A DNA stretch of 64,000 bases, taken from assembly GCA_950097015.1 (NCBI GenBank), contig CATNEN010000003.1, forward strand, positions 13,020,001 to 13,084,000, read 5' to 3'. This DNA comes from Macrostomum hystrix (lineage: Eukaryota; Animalia; Platyhelminthes). This document shows positions 60,497 to 64,000 of this stretch, piece by piece. The notes under the pieces were generated by a model. That model did no database searches, had not been told where the DNA came from, and worked only from the letters and a program-made list of their open reading frames with translations. A program made the translations under genes and the position numbers. The first letter of the stretch is position 1. Each line of letters begins with the position of its first letter.

Positions 60497-63400
60497 TAAA
60501 TATCTATCCAGATCCCTAAATATCTATCCAGATCCCTAAATATCTATCCAGATCCCTAAATATTCATCCAGATCCCTAAATATCCATCCAGATCCCTAAA
60601 TATGTATCCAGATCCCTAAATATCTATCCAGATCCCTAAATATCCATCCAGATCCCTAAATATCCATCCAGATCCCTAAATATCTATCCAGATCCTTAAA
60701 TATCTATCCAGATCCCTAAATATTCATCCAGATCCCTAAATATCCATCCAGATCCCTAAATATGTATCCAGATCCCTAAATATCTATCCAGATCCCTAAA
60801 TATCTATCCAGATCCCTAAATATCCATCCAGATCCCTAAATATCCATCCAGATCCCTAAATATCTATCCAGATCCTTAAATATCTATCCAGATCCCTAAA
60901 TATCTATCCAGATCCCTAAATATCTATCCAGATCCCTAAATATTCATCCAGATCCCTAAATATCCATCCAGATCCCTAAATTCTATCCAGATCCCTAAAT
61001 ATGTATCCAGATCCCTAAATTCTATCCAGATCCCTAAATATCTATCCAGATCCCTAAATATCCATCCAGATCCCTAAATATCTATCCAGATCCCTAAATA
61101 TCTATCCAGATCCCTAAATATCTATCCAGATCCCTAAATATCTATCCAGATCCCTAAATTCTATCCAGATCCCTAAATTCTATCCAGATCCCTAAATCCA
61201 TCTATCTATACATCTATCCATCTAAACATCCATCAACATCTCTAAATATCCACCCAGATCCCTAAATATCCACCCAGATCCCTAAATATCCACCCAGATC
61301 CCTAAATATCCATCCACACCCCAAAATATCCATCCAGATCCCTAAATATCCATCCAGATCCCTAAATATCCATCCAGATCCCTAAATATCCATCCACACC
61401 CCTAAATATCCATCCACACCCCTAAATATCCATCCACACCCCTAAATATCCATCCAGATCCCTAAATATCTATCCAGATCCCTAAATATCCATCCACACC
61501 CCTAAATATCCATCCACACCCCTAAATATCCATCCAGATCCCTAAATATCTATCCAGATCCCTAAATATTCATCCAGATCCCTAAATATCCATCCAGATC
61601 CCTAAATATGTATCCAGATCCCTAAATTCTATCCAGATCCCTAAATATCTATCCAGATCCCTAAATATCTATCCAGATCCCTAAATATCTATCCAGATCC
61701 CTAAATATCTATCCAGATCCCTAAATATCTATCCAGATCCCTAAATATCTATCCAGATCCCTAAATATCTATCCAGATCCCTAAATATCTATCCAGATCC
61801 CTAAATTCTATCCAGATCCCTAAATTCTATCCAGATCCCTAAATATTCATCCAGATCCCTAAATATCTATCCAGATCCCTAAATATCTATCTAGATCCCT
61901 AAATATTCATCCAGATACCTAAATATCTATACAGATCCCTAAATATCTATCCAGATCCCTAAATATTCATCCAGATACCTAAATATCTATCCAGATCCCT
62001 AAATATCTATCCAGATCCCTAAATATTCATCCAGATCCCTAAATATCTATCCAGATCCCTAAATATCACTCCAGATCCCTAAATATTCATCCAGATCCCT
62101 AAATATCTATCCAGATCCCTAAATATCTATCCAGATCCCTAAATATTCATCCAGATACCTAAATATCTATACAGATCCCTAAATATCTATCCAGATCCCT
62201 AAATATTCATCCAGATACCTAAATATCTATACAGATCCCTAAATATCTATCCAGATCCCTAAATATCCATCCAGATCCCTAAATATCCATCCACACCCCT
62301 AAATATCCATCCACACCCCTAAATATCCATCCACACCCCTAAATATCCATCCAGATCCCTAAATATCTATCCAGATCCCTAAATATCCATCCACACCCCT
62401 AAATATCCATCCACACCCCTAAATATCCATCCAGATCCCTAAATATCTATCCAGATCCCTAAATATTCATCCAGATCCCTAAATATCCATCCAGATCCCT
62501 AAATATGTATCCAGATCCCTAAATATGTATCCAGATCCCTAAATATCTATCCAGATCCCTAAATATCCATCCAGATCCCTAAATATCCATCCAGATCCCT
62601 AAATATCTATCCAGATCCTTAAATATCTATCCAGATCCCTAAATATCTATCCAGATCCCGAAATATTCATCCAGATCCCTAAATATCTATCCAGATCCCT
62701 AAATATCTATCCAGATCCCTAAATATCTATCCAGATCCCTAAATATCTATCCAGATCCCTAAATATCTATCCAGATCCCTAAATATCACTCCAGATCCCT
62801 AAATATTCATCCAGATCCCTAAATATCTATCCAGATCCCTAAATATCTATCCAGATCCCTAAATTCTATCCAGATCCCTAAATTCTATCCAGATCCCTAA
62901 ATATTCATCCAGATCCCTAAATATCTATCCAGATCCCTAAATATCTATCTAGATCCCTAAATATTCATCCAGATACCTAAATATCTATACAGATCCCTAA
63001 ATATCTATCCAGATCCCTAAATATTCATCCAGATACCTAAATATCTATCCAGATCCCTAAATATCTATCCAGATCCCTAAATATTCATCCAGATCCCTAA
63101 ATATCTATCCAGATCCCTAAATATCACTCCAGATCCCTAAATATTCATCCAGATCCCTAAATATCTATCCAGATCCCTAAATATCTATCCAGATCCCTAA
63201 ATATTCATCCAGATACCTAAATATCTATACAGATCCCTAAATATCTATCCAGATCCCTAAATATTCATCCAGATACCTAAATATCTATACAGATCCCTAA
63301 ATATCTATCCAGATCCCTAAATATTCATCCAGATACCTAAATATCTATCCATATCCCTAAATATCTATCCAGATCCCTAAATCCATCTATCTATCCATCT

Positions 63401-63678
63401 ATACATCCATCAACATCTCTAAATATCCACCCAGATCCCTAAATATCCATCCAGATCCCTAAATATCCACCCAGATCCCTAAATATCCATCTACACCCCT
63501 AAATATCCATCCAGATCCCTAAATATCCACCCAGATCCCTAAATATCCATCCACACCCCTAAATATCCATCCAGATCCCTAAATATCCATCCACACCCCT
63601 AAATATCCATCCAGATCCCTAAATATCCATCCAGATCCCTAAATATCCACCCAGATCCCTAAATATCCACCCAGACCC
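60497..63678. repeat. 20-bp minisatellite (TATCTATCCAGATCCCTAAA), ~158 copies
   Basis: Seen directly. Confidence 0.97.
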
Positions 63679-63820
63679 ATTAATTCTCATCAAGACCAAA
63701 AAAGCCTACTATTTAAAACGCATTAGTTCATATTAACAAATTGTCATTAAAAAACTCTATGATAAGCAATCATTAAAGATAAGAAAACTTTATTGGAATA
63801 ACAAACCACTATAGACCAGT

Positions 63821-64000
63821 TCAACCCTGCGTCGGTTTAGTAACAACACCGTCGGGATATTTGGCCCGAAATTTGGTCACAACATCCGGATCGATAAGCT
63901 TAACACCGTCCAATTGATTGCCAAGCGTTATCCAATTCGGCTGGACATTGTGCGGCCTGCCGAATAGCTCCAATTTTCTAGTGCCAGGCGCCAGTCGTTC
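63821..64000 (-). CDS. METTL3: C-terminal coding end of the m6A methyltransferase catalytic subunit METTL3 (MT-A70); the gene continues beyond the window
   Basis: Manual translation ERLAPGTRKLELFGRPHNVQPNWITLGNQLDGVKLIDPDVVTKFRAKYPDGVVTKPTQG* matches the conserved METTL3 C-terminus; AATAAA on the minus strand at 63789-63794. Confidence 0.95.
   Translation of the reverse strand, partial: ERLAPGTRKLELFGRPHNVQPNWITLGNQLDGVKLIDPDVVTKFRAKYPDGVVTKPTQG

Overview
Eukaryotic (animal) genomic DNA. AT-rich unique sequence is interleaved with about 25 distinct minisatellite arrays that make up roughly half the window. The intron-packed 14-37 bp minisatellites and the protostome-type hunchback suggest a lophotrochozoan, possibly a Macrostomum-like flatworm (inference only). 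I assembled spliced gene models by hand from GT-AG sites and reading-frame phase: an Lmx1-type LIM-homeobox gene (-), a 7-exon TRIM-NHL gene (RING/B-box/coiled-coil/filamin/NHL; +) with a 16.7 kb satellite-filled intron, a 4-exon hunchback gene (-) and the 3' end of METTL3 (-; missing from the ORF track). Also present are an orphan 184-aa ORF with RFX X-boxes, an intron-containing tRNA-Leu(CAA), a deleted DD34E Tc1 element and two tRNA-derived SINE families, one copy nested in the other. The most unusual signals: inverted 21-bp arrays inside one intron (potential kb-long dsRNA, CTD-like heptad coding), a shared TCTAACA core in unrelated satellites that flank genes in inverted orientation, satellites starting right beside splice donors, a SINE inserted at a splice acceptor, and bZIP/RFX motif clusters. 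Most long ORFs in the track are repeat artefacts.
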